A stretch of DNA of 62,969 nt, the filler included. It is 5 parts of 5 records of this genome, joined end to end, with 100 filler letters (N's around TTAATTAATTAA, not from the genome) between each part and the next. Parts side by side here need not be neighbours in the genome. Positions count along the whole stretch, not along the records: positions 8,959 to 26,676 come from SRR31156797_25140; 4 more parts are not named here. One strand, 5' to 3'. Below the pieces are notes generated by a model. That model was not told the origin of the DNA and searched no databases. It saw only the letters and a list, made by a program, of their open reading frames with translations. Both the position numbers and the translations under genes were made by a program. Numbering within the stretch: position 1 is the first letter of the stretch; each line of letters opens with the position of its first letter. Below, one piece after another: positions 9,639-19,964 of this stretch.

Positions 9639-10388
9639 ATGTTACCCTATGTTCGTAGAAAAAAAATGCTTGAGTTATTGCATACGAAGGAGCTTGTTTA
9701 TCTGGATGAGCTTGTAGAGTATACAGGTGTTTCTCTTGCCACTGTGAGAAGGGATTTGAAGCTCTTCGAAGAGGAAGGTCAGGTTGAGTTCCTTCAGGGA
9801 GGGGCTGCAAAGATAAAGGTCAATAACCCTGAGCGAAATGTAAAAGAGAAGCTGACAATCAATGAAGATATGAAAGACATTGTTGCCGGCTATGCTGCCA
9901 CCCTTGTGAATGACGGGCAGTTTATCTATATAGGTCCCGGTACGACGGAGAACTGGATGTTTCCCAACCTCGGAGGGAAGGATGTCACCGTTGTGACGAA
10001 CGGAGCGCTCCATATCGGGAAGATTATGGATAATGGTATAAACGCGCAAATACTTGGTGGAGAACTAATTAACGATATTGCTGTAATCGTTGGGCATGAT
10101 GCTATCAGGCAGATTGAACAGATGAACTTTGATAAGTGCTTTTTGGGCGCGTCTGGATTTACCCTCGAGGCCGGAGCCTCAACTTCCCAATACGGTGTTG
10201 CCGAAATCAATAAGGTGGCTATAAAACGTTCAAGAAAGACATATTTGATGCTTGATTCAACAAAGCTTGGAAAGAACTCAAAGTACTCATTTGCTTCCGC
10301 TGATGAATTTGATACGATAATAGTCGCTGGTAATATCGAAAAGGAATACCTGAGCCTAGCGAATATATATTCAGTTGAAATGAACTGA
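9639..10388 (+). CDS. DeoR/GlpR-family transcriptional regulator
   Basis: HTH GVSLATVRRDL; sensor domain GPGTT, VVTNG, ILGGEL, FDKCFLGASG, DSTKLG. Confidence 0.95.
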   Translation: MLPYVRRKKMLELLHTKELVYLDELVEYTGVSLATVRRDLKLFEEEGQVEFLQGGAAKIKVNNPERNVKEKLTINEDMKDIVAGYAATLVNDGQFIYIGPGTTENWMFPNLGGKDVTVVTNGALHIGKIMDNGINAQILGGELINDIAVIVGHDAIRQIEQMNFDKCFLGASGFTLEAGASTSQYGVAEINKVAIKRSRKTYLMLDSTKLGKNSKYSFASADEFDTIIVAGNIEKEYLSLANIYSVEMN

Positions 10389-10443
10389 AGCCCCGCTGCC
10401 CGTCCGATTTGATGATATAGACTGACAGTGAAAGATTGCATCG

Positions 10444-10483
10444 CCAGTTGCCGTACGAATGTATTGGCAACTGGTTTTTTTTT
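10444..10483 (+). terminator. Rho-independent terminator after the DeoR gene
   Basis: CCAGTTGCC...GGCAACTGG followed by T9. Confidence 0.85.
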
Positions 10484-10492
10484 GTTTGAATA

Positions 10493-10600
10493 GTCATAAA
10501 TATTCATAAATATTCAAATAATGAAGAAAAAAAGCGATTTTAATTGACATGGGATGATCGTGTGTTATGATTGTATGAAATTAGATGAAACATGATGAAA
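10493..10600 (+). promoter_or_regulatory. Sigma-70 promoter of the ABC/mtn/BMC operon, flanked by 10-bp-periodic putative DeoR operator repeats
   Basis: TTGACA (10544) N16 TATGAT (10566) with a TGn extension. ATGAAA at 10575, 10585, 10595. Inverted-sense GTCAT/TTCAT/TTCAA at 10493, 10503, 10513. Confidence 0.7.
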
Positions 10601-10641
10601 TTGAAGGCATTGTGTTTCCCAACTATCATAAAGGAGCGATT

Positions 10642-11775
10642 ATGAAAAAGATAAGTAGTGTTCTGTTTACTGCTCTTCTCGTATTCGGGCTTGTAGCTTG
10701 TAGCGGAGGAAAGGCAGAAGAGAAAAAAGAGGTTCAAGCGGCTACTGAAGCACCGGCAGCGCCTGTTGCCACTGGTGATGTCCCGGCGCCATTCAATTCA
10801 GATAAGAAGATAAAGATTGCTCTTGTGAAAGAGTGGGGAACTGGTACCCATATGACCATGCATATCAATGGTGTTAAGAACGAAGCCGCCAAGTATGGGA
10901 TTGAGGTCAATGTTATTGATGCCAATAATGATCTTCAAGCTATGGCCGAGGGCATTGAGAACGCTGTGACCCAGGGCGTTGATGCCATTCTTACTTCCCA
11001 TGGGAAGAAAGATGCCCTCCAGGCATCTATCTCCAAGGCTCTGAGAGCCGGCATCCCCGTCATCGTATTCGACAATGACTTCGATGTCCCTTCTGATGTT
11101 GAATCCGGAATGCTTCTCTCTATGGATCAGTATGACTTGATGATGGGGCTAAAGTCTCAGATGTCTCTTGTGAGCTATATGGACGGTTCTGCGGATGTCA
11201 TTTACAACAGAGTTGCCAATGTCCCTCCCACAGACAAGAGGCATAGGATCTGGGAAGGCGGCATTCTCCCCACCTACACCGGTATCAATGTTCTGGAAAC
11301 CATCGACCTCGGCACAGCGGGAGTTATGGCCAAAGCGCAGACCGCTCTGGAGGCTATCCTCGACGCCGATAAGAATAATGAAATCGACGCCGTATATGCT
11401 GTCTGGGATGAGTATGCCAAGGGCTTTTACAATGCGATTCTCGCTTCAGGAAAGAAGCTGCCCCTGTTCTCAGTCGATATGTCTGACCAGGACCTTGCCA
11501 TGATGCAGACCCATCCCGAGATCTGGATCTCTTCTTCCGCCGTTGACCCTACTGTCATTGGTATTGTTCAGGTTCGGCTTGCCATGCTTGCTATCACCGG
11601 ACGTCCTCTGCCCAGATACTATTCCTTGACCCCTGTTCTTGTTAAATCGTCTGATCTTCCCACTATTGAGGAGAGACCGCTTTCTATGGCGGACCTCGCT
11701 GAGTTCTACTCTGGCTGGGGCTCTACCGACGAGTTTCTTGAGGAGTGGATGACTGCTCTGGCAGCTTCCAATTAA
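10642..11775 (+). CDS. Sugar ABC transporter substrate-binding lipoprotein (putative methylthioribose/5-deoxyribose-binding)
   Basis: Lipobox LVAC after MKKISSVLFTALL; RbsB-like IENAVTQGVDAIL, AGIPVIVFD. AAGGAG RBS favours ATG 10642. Substrate inferred from mtnK/mtnA linkage. Confidence 0.85.
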   Translation: MKKISSVLFTALLVFGLVACSGGKAEEKKEVQAATEAPAAPVATGDVPAPFNSDKKIKIALVKEWGTGTHMTMHINGVKNEAAKYGIEVNVIDANNDLQAMAEGIENAVTQGVDAILTSHGKKDALQASISKALRAGIPVIVFDNDFDVPSDVESGMLLSMDQYDLMMGLKSQMSLVSYMDGSADVIYNRVANVPPTDKRHRIWEGGILPTYTGINVLETIDLGTAGVMAKAQTALEAILDADKNNEIDAVYAVWDEYAKGFYNAILASGKKLPLFSVDMSDQDLAMMQTHPEIWISSSAVDPTVIGIVQVRLAMLAITGRPLPRYYSLTPVLVKSSDLPTIEERPLSMADLAEFYSGWGSTDEFLEEWMTALAASN

Positions 11776-11987
11776 GTATTGATACTGAAGCGGGATGGTC
11801 GCATTGCGCTTCAGTTACACTAGTCGTGGGATACTTCCAGAGGGATGGACGCCGGTGTTCGGCATCCCATTCCAAGGATTTTAAATCGTAAAATTGAAAG
11901 GGATCCTCTTGGATTTTTCAAGCATGGGCGGGCGTTCCGTCTCTGGTGAGAAACACGGGCAAGTACATTTTAGGTGGTTGAAGGAAT

Positions 11988-13496
11988 ATGAATTCTAAGG
12001 GCTTGGAAATGAAGGGAATTTCAATGGAATTCCCGGGAGTAAAAGCACTTGATGGAGTCGACTTCTCTGTAAAAAAGGGAGAAGTCCATGCCCTTATCGG
12101 TGCGAACGGCGCAGGAAAAAGTACCCTGATGAAGGTCCTTGCAGGTGTTAATAGAAACACTGCGGGGGAGATCTTCATCGACGGTAAAAAAGTTGAATTT
12201 CATAATCCAATGGATGCCAAAAAATATGGTATCGTTATTGTCTATCAAGAGGTAGATACTGCATTGATTCCGCATCTCACGGTTGCGGAAAACATCATGA
12301 TGGATTATTTGATTGGTGAACAGAAGAATCTTTTCATAGATTGGAATAAAATTCACCAGGAAGCAAAAGATGTATTAAAAAAGCTTGGTCTTGATATCGA
12401 TGTAAACAAGCTGATCAGCGAATTAACTCTATCGGAAAAACAGATGGTTCTTATTGGAAGAGCCGTTTTCCATAAAGCCGAATATCTAATCCTCGATGAG
12501 CCGACAGCGCCTTTGAGCGTAGAGGAAACAAATAAACTATTTGAGATTGTTGAAGCAATAAAAAATCGGGGTGTGAGTGTCATCTTCATCTCTCACAGAC
12601 TCGATGAAATTTTCAGGATTTGCGAACGCATCACAGTATTGCGGGACGGGAAGCTCGTCGGCGTCTATGATATCGGTTCGGAAACAATAGATTCTATTGT
12701 GGAAAAAATGCTTGGGCGAAAGCTGGAAGCCACATTCCCGAAGCATGATGTCGAGATCGGCAGTAAGATATTTGAGGTGAGGCAGCTCAGCGGGGAAGGC
12801 GGGATCAACCGCATAGATATGCATGTAAACGCCGGTGAGATTGTCGGCATCTCCGGTCTTGTCGGCGCAGGCAAGACAGAGCTGGTAAAACTCTTATTCG
12901 GGGCTGCGAAAACTCACAGCGGAGAGCTCATTCTTAAGGGGAGGGCGGTTGCTCCCAAGACACCGTCTCAAGCTGTGAAGACCGGTTTTGCTCTGGTTCC
13001 GGAAGAGCGAAGGCGAGAGGGGATACTTGTTCACGAATCTATTGAAACAAATGTTACCCTTCCCACCCTGAGAAAATACTGCGGCGGTCCGTTTATGAAT
13101 GCTTCTAAGATCAAGGAATCCGCAATACGCATGATCCGAACCGTAAAGATAAAAGCTCCCCATGAGAGAGTGCATGTCGCAAAATTATCCGGGGGAAACC
13201 AGCAAAAAGTGGCTATTGGTAAATGGCTTGTTTCTGATGCAGATATCTTTATGTTCGACGAGCCGACAAAGGGCGTGGATGTCGGCTCGAAAGCTGAGAT
13301 CTATAACCTTATCGGAAAGCTGGTCTCTCAGAAAAAAGCTGTGATCTACGCCACCTGCGAGTTCTCAGAAATTCTCGGTCTGACTGACAGAGTTTATGTG
13401 ATGTACAACGGAACCATTGCTGCCGAACTCGTTACGAGAAAAACAAATGAAGAAGAGTTGCTATTATACTCAACCGGCGGAGGAAAGAATGAATAA
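11988..13496 (+). CDS. Sugar ABC transporter ATP-binding protein (RbsA/MglA type, two ABC domains)
   Basis: GANGAGKST, ILDEPT, ISHRL, LSGGNQQKV, DEPTKGVDVG. Confidence 0.96.
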   Translation: MNSKGLEMKGISMEFPGVKALDGVDFSVKKGEVHALIGANGAGKSTLMKVLAGVNRNTAGEIFIDGKKVEFHNPMDAKKYGIVIVYQEVDTALIPHLTVAENIMMDYLIGEQKNLFIDWNKIHQEAKDVLKKLGLDIDVNKLISELTLSEKQMVLIGRAVFHKAEYLILDEPTAPLSVEETNKLFEIVEAIKNRGVSVIFISHRLDEIFRICERITVLRDGKLVGVYDIGSETIDSIVEKMLGRKLEATFPKHDVEIGSKIFEVRQLSGEGGINRIDMHVNAGEIVGISGLVGAGKTELVKLLFGAAKTHSGELILKGRAVAPKTPSQAVKTGFALVPEERRREGILVHESIETNVTLPTLRKYCGGPFMNASKIKESAIRMIRTVKIKAPHERVHVAKLSGGNQQKVAIGKWLVSDADIFMFDEPTKGVDVGSKAEIYNLIGKLVSQKKAVIYATCEFSEILGLTDRVYVMYNGTIAAELVTRKTNEEELLLYSTGGGKNE

Positions 13497-14511
13497 TTTG
13501 AAAGAGATGCCCGTTTTCCTGAACAGGAAAATGAGATTTGATATCTTTGGATTCCTTTACAGATATGGAACCATTGTCGTAACAATACTTGCGATAATCT
13601 ACTTTTCGGTGTCAGTAGAGAATTGGTTCACTTTCGGAAATATGACGAATATTTTCAGATCCGTTTCTATTGTCTGTTTGATAGCCCTGGCAATGACCAT
13701 GTCCCTCACTGTTGACGGATTCGACCTGTCGACGGCTGCCACCGCGTCATTTGCTGCCGTTATTGCCGCGAAGGTGATGATTATCTGGGAAATGCATCCT
13801 GTGATTGCCATCCTTCTGCCTGTCTCCGTGGGCTGTCTGATCGGGCTGGTGAATTCATTTCTGATCATCAGACTAGGGATCTCGGATATGCTGACTACAC
13901 TCTCTATGATGTTTGTCATCACAGGAATTTCCATTACATTCCAGGAAGGTTCGGCCATCTATAACTATATGCCCATGCTCGAGGGGGGTGTCGCTCCCGG
14001 TCTGATGAGTGAGAATTTCAAGGCCATCGGACAGGCGGAATTCCTTCAGATCCCCATACCGGTCTTTATCATGCTTGCCATCGCTGTCATTGTGCATGTT
14101 TTCCTGAACATGACGAAGTATGGCCGCTTTATGTACATGACGGGTGGCAACGAAGAAGCAGCGAGGCTTTCCGGTATTCCGACAAAGAAATTCAGAACCC
14201 TTGCCTATGTCCTTTCCGGAGCGATCGCAGCCCTTGCAGGCGTCGTTCTTTGCGCGAGACTCGGCTCAGGAGAAGTCGATGCCGCCGGGCCTTACCTGAT
14301 GGATGCGGTAGCGGCGGCCTATATCGGATATTCCGTCCTCGGCGCGGGTAAACCCAATGCCTTCGGTACGTTGCTCGGAGCCTTGCTCGTAGGCATTCTG
14401 ATGAACGGTCTGGTAATGATGAGCTTTCCATATTACTCACAGAATATTGTTAAGGGAGTCGTACTGATTCTGGGTCTTGGTCTTACATATTACAAGAGAA
14501 AGGGGTACTGA
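13489..14511 (+). CDS. Sugar ABC transporter permease (RbsC type)
   Basis: Multi-TM; GFDLS, TKYGRFMYMTGGNEEAARLSGI. ATG 13489 overlaps the ATPase stop. Confidence 0.93.
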   Translation: MNNLKEMPVFLNRKMRFDIFGFLYRYGTIVVTILAIIYFSVSVENWFTFGNMTNIFRSVSIVCLIALAMTMSLTVDGFDLSTAATASFAAVIAAKVMIIWEMHPVIAILLPVSVGCLIGLVNSFLIIRLGISDMLTTLSMMFVITGISITFQEGSAIYNYMPMLEGGVAPGLMSENFKAIGQAEFLQIPIPVFIMLAIAVIVHVFLNMTKYGRFMYMTGGNEEAARLSGIPTKKFRTLAYVLSGAIAALAGVVLCARLGSGEVDAAGPYLMDAVAAAYIGYSVLGAGKPNAFGTLLGALLVGILMNGLVMMSFPYYSQNIVKGVVLILGLGLTYYKRKGY

Positions 14512-14514
14512 AGA

Positions 14515-15726
14515 ATGGAAAGATACTACGAACTGAATACCGAAACAGTCATCGATTATGTTAATGAAAAAGTGAATGGTTTCTTTGCAGAGGATGCGGA
14601 ATTCGAGTGCACTGAGATCGGCGATGGAAATCTTAATTTGGTCTTTAGAGTAAAGGACGCGAGAAACTGTAAGAGCGTTATTGTAAAGCAATCGCTGCCA
14701 TATGTCAGAGCCGCCGGCGAGGACTGGCCCCTCGATATCGGAAGGGGTGAGATAGAAAGCAGAATCCTCGACATTGAGTATAAATTGACTGATGGGCTCG
14801 TACCTGAGATCCACCTTTATGACGGTGATATGTGCTGTATGATTATGGAAGATCTTTCTGATTATAGAATTATGAGATACGGCCTGATTGATCGAGAAAT
14901 ATATCCTGAATTTGTAGAGCAAATCTCAGATTTTATGGTCAAAACGCTTTTTCTCACATCTGATGTCGTGATGGAACATAAGGATAAAAAGGATTACGTA
15001 AAGAACTTTATCAATCCCGAGCTCTGCGAAATAACTGAGGATCTGGTTTATACCGAGCCTTTCAATAGCGGCGCAAGGAATGATATGGAAGAAAACCTTG
15101 TGGATTTCCATAAAAAGAACATTGTCGACGATCCGAAGCTTGCACTGGAGGCGGCGAAACTGAAGTTTGACTTCATGAATAATGCGCAGGCCCTTCTTCA
15201 TGGAGATCTTCATACGGGGTCAATTTTTGTTAATAAAGAGAGTACGAAGGTAATCGATCCTGAATTTGCTTTTTATGGACCCATCGCATACGACATCGGT
15301 GCCCTTGTCGCCAACCTGATAATGAGTTATTTATCAGCTTTTTTTGGAACAGAGCATCCTGAGAAGAAGGATGAGTACTGTCGCTGGATACTGAAAACCA
15401 TTAAGGATACTGTGGATGTAACGAAGGCTAAGTTCCTATGTGAATGGGACGGCGCCGTTACCGATCAGATGGCAAAGAAGGACGGTTTCAAAGAGTACTG
15501 GGTTGAGGATGTGTTTATTAATACCGCAGGTGTCTCAGGTTGTGAAATGACGCGGAGGACAGTCGGTTTCGCACATGTGAAAGACCTTGATGGAATGGAA
15601 GATGACGATGCCAGGTACAAGGCGAAAACTGTCAATCTTATCATAGCCAAAGAACTGATTATAAATAGAGCCGACTATGTATGCGGACAGGATTATCTCG
15701 ATCTCATCGACAAGCACTGTAAATAA
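14515..15726 (+). CDS. mtnK: 5-methylthioribose / 5-deoxyribose kinase
   Basis: EIGDGNLNLVF, KQSLPYVR, NPELCEITEDLVYTEP, LHGDLHTGSIF, IDPEFAFYGP, RRTVG. Confidence 0.95.
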   Translation: MERYYELNTETVIDYVNEKVNGFFAEDAEFECTEIGDGNLNLVFRVKDARNCKSVIVKQSLPYVRAAGEDWPLDIGRGEIESRILDIEYKLTDGLVPEIHLYDGDMCCMIMEDLSDYRIMRYGLIDREIYPEFVEQISDFMVKTLFLTSDVVMEHKDKKDYVKNFINPELCEITEDLVYTEPFNSGARNDMEENLVDFHKKNIVDDPKLALEAAKLKFDFMNNAQALLHGDLHTGSIFVNKESTKVIDPEFAFYGPIAYDIGALVANLIMSYLSAFFGTEHPEKKDEYCRWILKTIKDTVDVTKAKFLCEWDGAVTDQMAKKDGFKEYWVEDVFINTAGVSGCEMTRRTVGFAHVKDLDGMEDDDARYKAKTVNLIIAKELIINRADYVCGQDYLDLIDKHCK

Positions 15727-15744
15727 AGATAAGGAAGGTATTGA

Positions 15745-16803
15745 ATGAAGACTATTGTTCCCGCAAGACTGAACGATTCAAAAGATAAACTGGTTCTTCT
15801 TGACCAGACGCTGCTCCCTGGGGAAGAGAAATTCTTGGAACTGGATCAGAGAGAGGATATCTGGGAAGCCATTAAGAAGCTGAGGGTAAGAGGTGCACCC
15901 GCGATAGGGATTTCCGCTGCCTTCGGTATGTATGTTTGCTCGAACAGGGTAGATGCGGCTGATGTCCCCAGTTTCAAAAAAGAAGTCATTGAACTGAAAG
16001 AGTATTTCGCCACATCCCGTCCGACCGCTGTTAATCTGTTCTGGGCTCTCGATCGGATGTTCGATCGCTTCGAAAGCGAAGAGAAGGCTGGAAAATCGGT
16101 AGCGGAGATTAAGGCTGCTTTCCTTGAGGAAAGTGAAGAGATCCTTCGGGAGGACCAGGAGATGGGCGAGGCCATCGGTAGGTATGGACTTGAACTGCTT
16201 AAGCCCGGCATGGGGCTGCTGACCCATTGCAATGCCGGTGGTCTCGCCTGTTCGGGAATCGGCACGGCCCTGGCTCCCATGTATGCAGGGCATGATGCGG
16301 GCTATGGTTTCAAGATCTATGCCGATGAGACCAGACCCCTCCTTCAGGGATCAAGGCTGACAACTTATGAGTTAAACAAGGCCGGTCTCGATGTAACGGT
16401 TATCTGCGATAATATGGCCTCTATTGTGATGAGGCAGGGGAAGATCGGTGCCGTGCTTGTGGGAACCGACAGGATTACGGCTAACGGCGATGTCATCAAT
16501 AAGATTGGAACATCGGGCGTGGCCATACTCGCAAAGGAGTACGGAGTTCCTTTCTATGTCCTCGGACCCTATTCAACCATAGACCTCAATACGGCAACCG
16601 GCAACGAGGTCGAGATTGAGCTTCGCGACAGTGATGAAATCGGAAACGGTTTTGGAAAAAGGACCGCTCCCGAAGAGGTCGACGCTTATAACCCGGCCTT
16701 CGATATTACGGATCATAAATATGTTTCGGCCATTATAACCGAGAAAGGGATCGTAAGGCCTCCCTATAAAGAAAACCTTGCACGATTGTTTAAAGCGCAG
16801 TGA
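15745..16803 (+). CDS. mtnA: Methylthioribose-1-phosphate / 5-deoxyribose-1-phosphate isomerase
   Basis: LDQTLLP, VRGAPAIG, SRPTAVNL, THCNAGGLA, ETRPLLQGSRLT, NKIGT, NPAFDIT. Confidence 0.96.
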   Translation: MKTIVPARLNDSKDKLVLLDQTLLPGEEKFLELDQREDIWEAIKKLRVRGAPAIGISAAFGMYVCSNRVDAADVPSFKKEVIELKEYFATSRPTAVNLFWALDRMFDRFESEEKAGKSVAEIKAAFLEESEEILREDQEMGEAIGRYGLELLKPGMGLLTHCNAGGLACSGIGTALAPMYAGHDAGYGFKIYADETRPLLQGSRLTTYELNKAGLDVTVICDNMASIVMRQGKIGAVLVGTDRITANGDVINKIGTSGVAILAKEYGVPFYVLGPYSTIDLNTATGNEVEIELRDSDEIGNGFGKRTAPEEVDAYNPAFDITDHKYVSAIITEKGIVRPPYKENLARLFKAQ

Positions 16804-16810
16804 GGAAGCA

Positions 16811-17581
16811 ATGTCTGAATATATGACGGAAATCCAGGCTCGCAAAGCGATTTGTGAGATTGGCGATAAGATGTATTTCAAAGGGTATGTCGCCGCCAAT
16901 GATGGGAACATATCAGTCAAAATCAGTGATGATACCATCATAGTGACACCTACGGGTGTCAGTAAAGGCGGCATGACAGCGAATTCCCTCGTTAAAATGA
17001 AACTTGACGGGACTGTCATAGGGAAGAACAAGCCCAGCTCCGAGGTAAAGATGCATATCAGGGTGTATCAGCTGAACCGAAATGTCAAATCGGTTGTGCA
17101 CGCCCACCCGCCTGCGTCGACAGCCTTCGCCATAGCCGGAATCCCGATGGACAGACCCATAATGAGCGAGTCCATTCTCACCTTGGGTGTCGTTCCAGTG
17201 GCGGAATACGCGCTGCCCGGAACGAAGGAAGTGCCCGACTCGATTGAACCCTATGTTAACTCGCATAATGCTGTATTGCTTGCCAATCACGGCCTGCTGA
17301 CCTGGGGAGACGATATCACTCAGGCTATGTACAGAATGGAATCGGCGGAACAGTACTGCAATATTATGATTAACCTGAAATCCATAGGTGAGCCGAAGGA
17401 ATTCAGCTGTTCTCAGGTTAGCGATCTGATTTCCATCAGGGAGAGGCTCGGGATCGATGCCGGTGGGGTTCCCCCCTGTGATGGAAACACTGGCAACAGG
17501 ACGAGCGCCGATGCGGCTCAGGGGGATCAGGCAAAGCTGATAGAGACGATCACCCGCCAGGTCCTGTCTCAGTTGAAATAG
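16811..17581 (+). CDS. Class II (metal) aldolase, FucA/Ald2/DrdA-like, with C-terminal encapsulation peptide
   Basis: DGNIS, TPTG, PSSEVKMH, VHAHP, LLANHG; G/T/A linker then QAKLIETITRQVLSQLK. Confidence 0.9.
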   Translation: MSEYMTEIQARKAICEIGDKMYFKGYVAANDGNISVKISDDTIIVTPTGVSKGGMTANSLVKMKLDGTVIGKNKPSSEVKMHIRVYQLNRNVKSVVHAHPPASTAFAIAGIPMDRPIMSESILTLGVVPVAEYALPGTKEVPDSIEPYVNSHNAVLLANHGLLTWGDDITQAMYRMESAEQYCNIMINLKSIGEPKEFSCSQVSDLISIRERLGIDAGGVPPCDGNTGNRTSADAAQGDQAKLIETITRQVLSQLK

Positions 17582-17590
17582 GGGGGGCGT

Positions 17591-19048
17591 GTGAGTTATT
17601 CGGAAACACAGATAGAGGACATCGTCCGACAGGTCGTAAGCAAGACCCTTGGATCCGCATCCGGACAAGTGCCGGTGGCTCCTCCCGTTCAACCGCCGCC
17701 AAACAGCGGTGAACTCTGGGGGGTGTATGACGATATCAGCGAGGCCATTGATATTGCAAAGGCAAATTACTGTGCCCTGAGCAAGGATTACTCAATGGCT
17801 GACAGGCAGCGCTTTGTCGACGCGATCAGGCAGTATACGCTGGCTGAGAAAGAGATCCTTGCCCGTATGGTGCTGGAGGAGACGAAGCTCGGCAACTATG
17901 AAGACAAGATAGCGAAGCACGAGTTGGCTGCCATGACTTACGGCACTGAGATCCTGCAGACTTCGGCGCGCACAGGGGATACGGGGCTGGCGGTCGTCGA
18001 AGAGGCTCCGTTCGGGGTTATCGGGGCTACCACTCCGGTAACGAATCCGACGGAAACCATAATCAACAACTCTATGAGTATGTTGGCTGCCGGGAATACG
18101 GTTGTCTTCAATGTGCATCCCAGTTCCAAAGGCTGTTGCGCGTATGTCGTGGATAAGATAAACCGCGCCATTGTCAGTGCCGGCGGTCCTAAAGGCCTTA
18201 TCACCATGGTCCGGAACCCGACTATGGATAGCCTGAATGCTCTGGCAGACAGCCCTCATATCAATCTTTTAATGGGAACAGGCGGTCCGGGGCTGGTGAA
18301 GACATTGCTGAAATCCGGCAAGAAGGCTATTGGGGCCGGAGCCGGGAATCCGCCTGTTATAGTGGATTCGACGGCTATTGTAGACAAAGCCGCATCGGAT
18401 ATTGTTAAGGGACACTCCTTTGATAACAATATCGTCTGTATCCTCGAGAAAGAGGTTTTCGTATTGGATGATGTGGCAAATAGTCTCATCTCCGAGATGC
18501 AGAAGAACGGGGCCTGTCTGCTGCGTTCTGAGCAGGTGTCAGAGCTGATGTCCGTTGTCCTCTTGAAGAATGAACATGACACGACGGGAAAGAAACCCTA
18601 TATCCTGAATAAGGATTGGGTGGGGCAGGATCCCTGTAAATACCTTGATAGAATCGGAGTCACTTATCAGAGCAAGCCAAAGTGTCTGGTCTGCGAAGTC
18701 GATTTCGAGCATCCCTTCGTTCAGCTGGAGCTGCTTATGCCCATCCTGCCGATTGTCAGGGTGGAGACCTTTGATCAGGCCGTCGGCATGGCTGTCGAGG
18801 CCGAACACGGCAATAGGCATACTGCCATGATCCATTCCCAGAATATCGCGAATATCACCAAGTTCGCAAAGGCTGTCAATACAACGATCTTCGTGAAAAA
18901 CGGCCCGTCCCTGGCCGGGCTCGGAATCGGCAGCGAGGGAACCTGCAGTTTCTCGATCGCAGGACCTACGGGTGAAGGAATCACAACCGCGCGGACCTTT
19001 ACCAGATCCCGGCACTGCGTTCTGGTTGACGGATTCAGGATCATTTAA
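17591..19048 (+). CDS. CoA-acylating aldehyde dehydrogenase (PduP/EutE family) with N-terminal encapsulation peptide
   Basis: SETQIEDIVRQVVSKTL plus Pro-rich linker; PFGVIGATTPVTNP, GTGGPG, GAGAGNPP, catalytic FDNNIVCILEKE, ELLMP, AGPTGEG. Confidence 0.95.
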   Translation: MSYSETQIEDIVRQVVSKTLGSASGQVPVAPPVQPPPNSGELWGVYDDISEAIDIAKANYCALSKDYSMADRQRFVDAIRQYTLAEKEILARMVLEETKLGNYEDKIAKHELAAMTYGTEILQTSARTGDTGLAVVEEAPFGVIGATTPVTNPTETIINNSMSMLAAGNTVVFNVHPSSKGCCAYVVDKINRAIVSAGGPKGLITMVRNPTMDSLNALADSPHINLLMGTGGPGLVKTLLKSGKKAIGAGAGNPPVIVDSTAIVDKAASDIVKGHSFDNNIVCILEKEVFVLDDVANSLISEMQKNGACLLRSEQVSELMSVVLLKNEHDTTGKKPYILNKDWVGQDPCKYLDRIGVTYQSKPKCLVCEVDFEHPFVQLELLMPILPIVRVETFDQAVGMAVEAEHGNRHTAMIHSQNIANITKFAKAVNTTIFVKNGPSLAGLGIGSEGTCSFSIAGPTGEGITTARTFTRSRHCVLVDGFRII

Positions 19049-19389
19049 TGAAGGCATTAGGTATTCTCGAGCTCTGCGGTTATTCGACGGCATTGCTTGC
19101 GTCGGACAGCATGTGTAAAGCAGCTGATATCAGAATTGTCGCATTTGATTTTAACAAACCGGGCGCTGCGGATCTGGATAAGATACCGCTGCTTGCTCAG
19201 ATTAAATTTGTCGGCGGAGTGGATGACGTTAAGGCCGCGCTGGAAGCCGGTATACGCTGTGCTGAAAAGTACAATGACAGGGAAGAGATCCTGGGAAGGG
19301 TCATCCCGAATTACGATGAGGGACTGACAGGCTTAATTAAGCTTACGAAGATAAAGAAAGTTAATCGAAACATACGGAGGACATTATGA
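19048..19389 (+). CDS. Divergent BMC-H shell protein
   Basis: [26 protein letters not shown]...[13 protein letters not shown]...VIPN. Confidence 0.85.
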   Translation: MKALGILELCGYSTALLASDSMCKAADIRIVAFDFNKPGAADLDKIPLLAQIKFVGGVDDVKAALEAGIRCAEKYNDREEILGRVIPNYDEGLTGLIKLTKIKKVNRNIRRTL

Positions 19390-19661
19390 GTAGCGCGATT
19401 GGATTTATTGAAACACGGGGGCTGACTGCGGCGATTGAGGCATCTGATAATATGTTGAAGACCGCTATGGTCGAACTTGTGGGAATGGAAAAGATTGGAT
19501 CAGGCCTTGTCACTGTTATCGTTAAGGGCGAGGTCGGGGCCGTGAAGGCCGCAACGGAAGCCGGTGCGGAAACAGCAAGCGCTCTTGGAGAACTCGTTGC
19601 CATGCATGTCATACCGCGCCCCCATGCGGATGTTGCCAAGATACTTCCTTCCCTGAAATAG
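19386..19661 (+). CDS. BMC-H shell protein (PduA/EutM type)
   Basis: [22 protein letters not shown]...[21 protein letters not shown]...HVIPRPH. Confidence 0.97.
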   Translation: MSSAIGFIETRGLTAAIEASDNMLKTAMVELVGMEKIGSGLVTVIVKGEVGAVKAATEAGAETASALGELVAMHVIPRPHADVAKILPSLK

Positions 19662-19670
19662 AAGCGGACT

Positions 19671-19964
19671 ATGGAAAACAAACCGCTGTTGGTATTGGAG
19701 ATTCAAAACTATTCGGAATCCTTATTGATCTGCGACAAGCTCTCAAAATCTGCGGACCTCAAGCTCGTGCATCTGCAGACCAGTTTGGGAGGGCGTCTGG
19801 TGACATTGGTATTCAGCGGTACCAGTTCCGACTGCAGAATCGCTAAAGATCTGGCATGGCAAAGCTACGCAGGAACGAAGTTATTGAAGGTCTGCGACAC
19901 GATAGACCGGCCTTCAGAACAGTTATCCAACTACTTCAAAACAGGAGAATTTGATAATGAGTGA
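19671..19964 (+). CDS. Highly divergent BMC-H shell protein
   Basis: LVLEIQNY...[13 protein letters not shown]...[20 protein letters not shown]...TIDRP; BMC-domain pattern and size within the shell cluster. Confidence 0.75.
   Translation: MENKPLLVLEIQNYSESLLICDKLSKSADLKLVHLQTSLGGRLVTLVFSGTSSDCRIAKDLAWQSYAGTKLLKVCDTIDRPSEQLSNYFKTGEFDNE

Noticed and set aside
11776-11987. Possible ncRNA or riboswitch between the binding-protein and ATPase genes
   Set aside because: Only imperfect hairpins, as commonly found after ABC binding-protein genes; no recognisable riboswitch consensus.
14515-17581. Canonical methionine salvage operon (mtnK-mtnA-mtnB)
   Set aside because: The third gene has FucA-like aldolase motifs and an encapsulation tail. 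No enolase/phosphatase/dioxygenase genes or S-box are present, and aldehyde-processing BMC genes follow.
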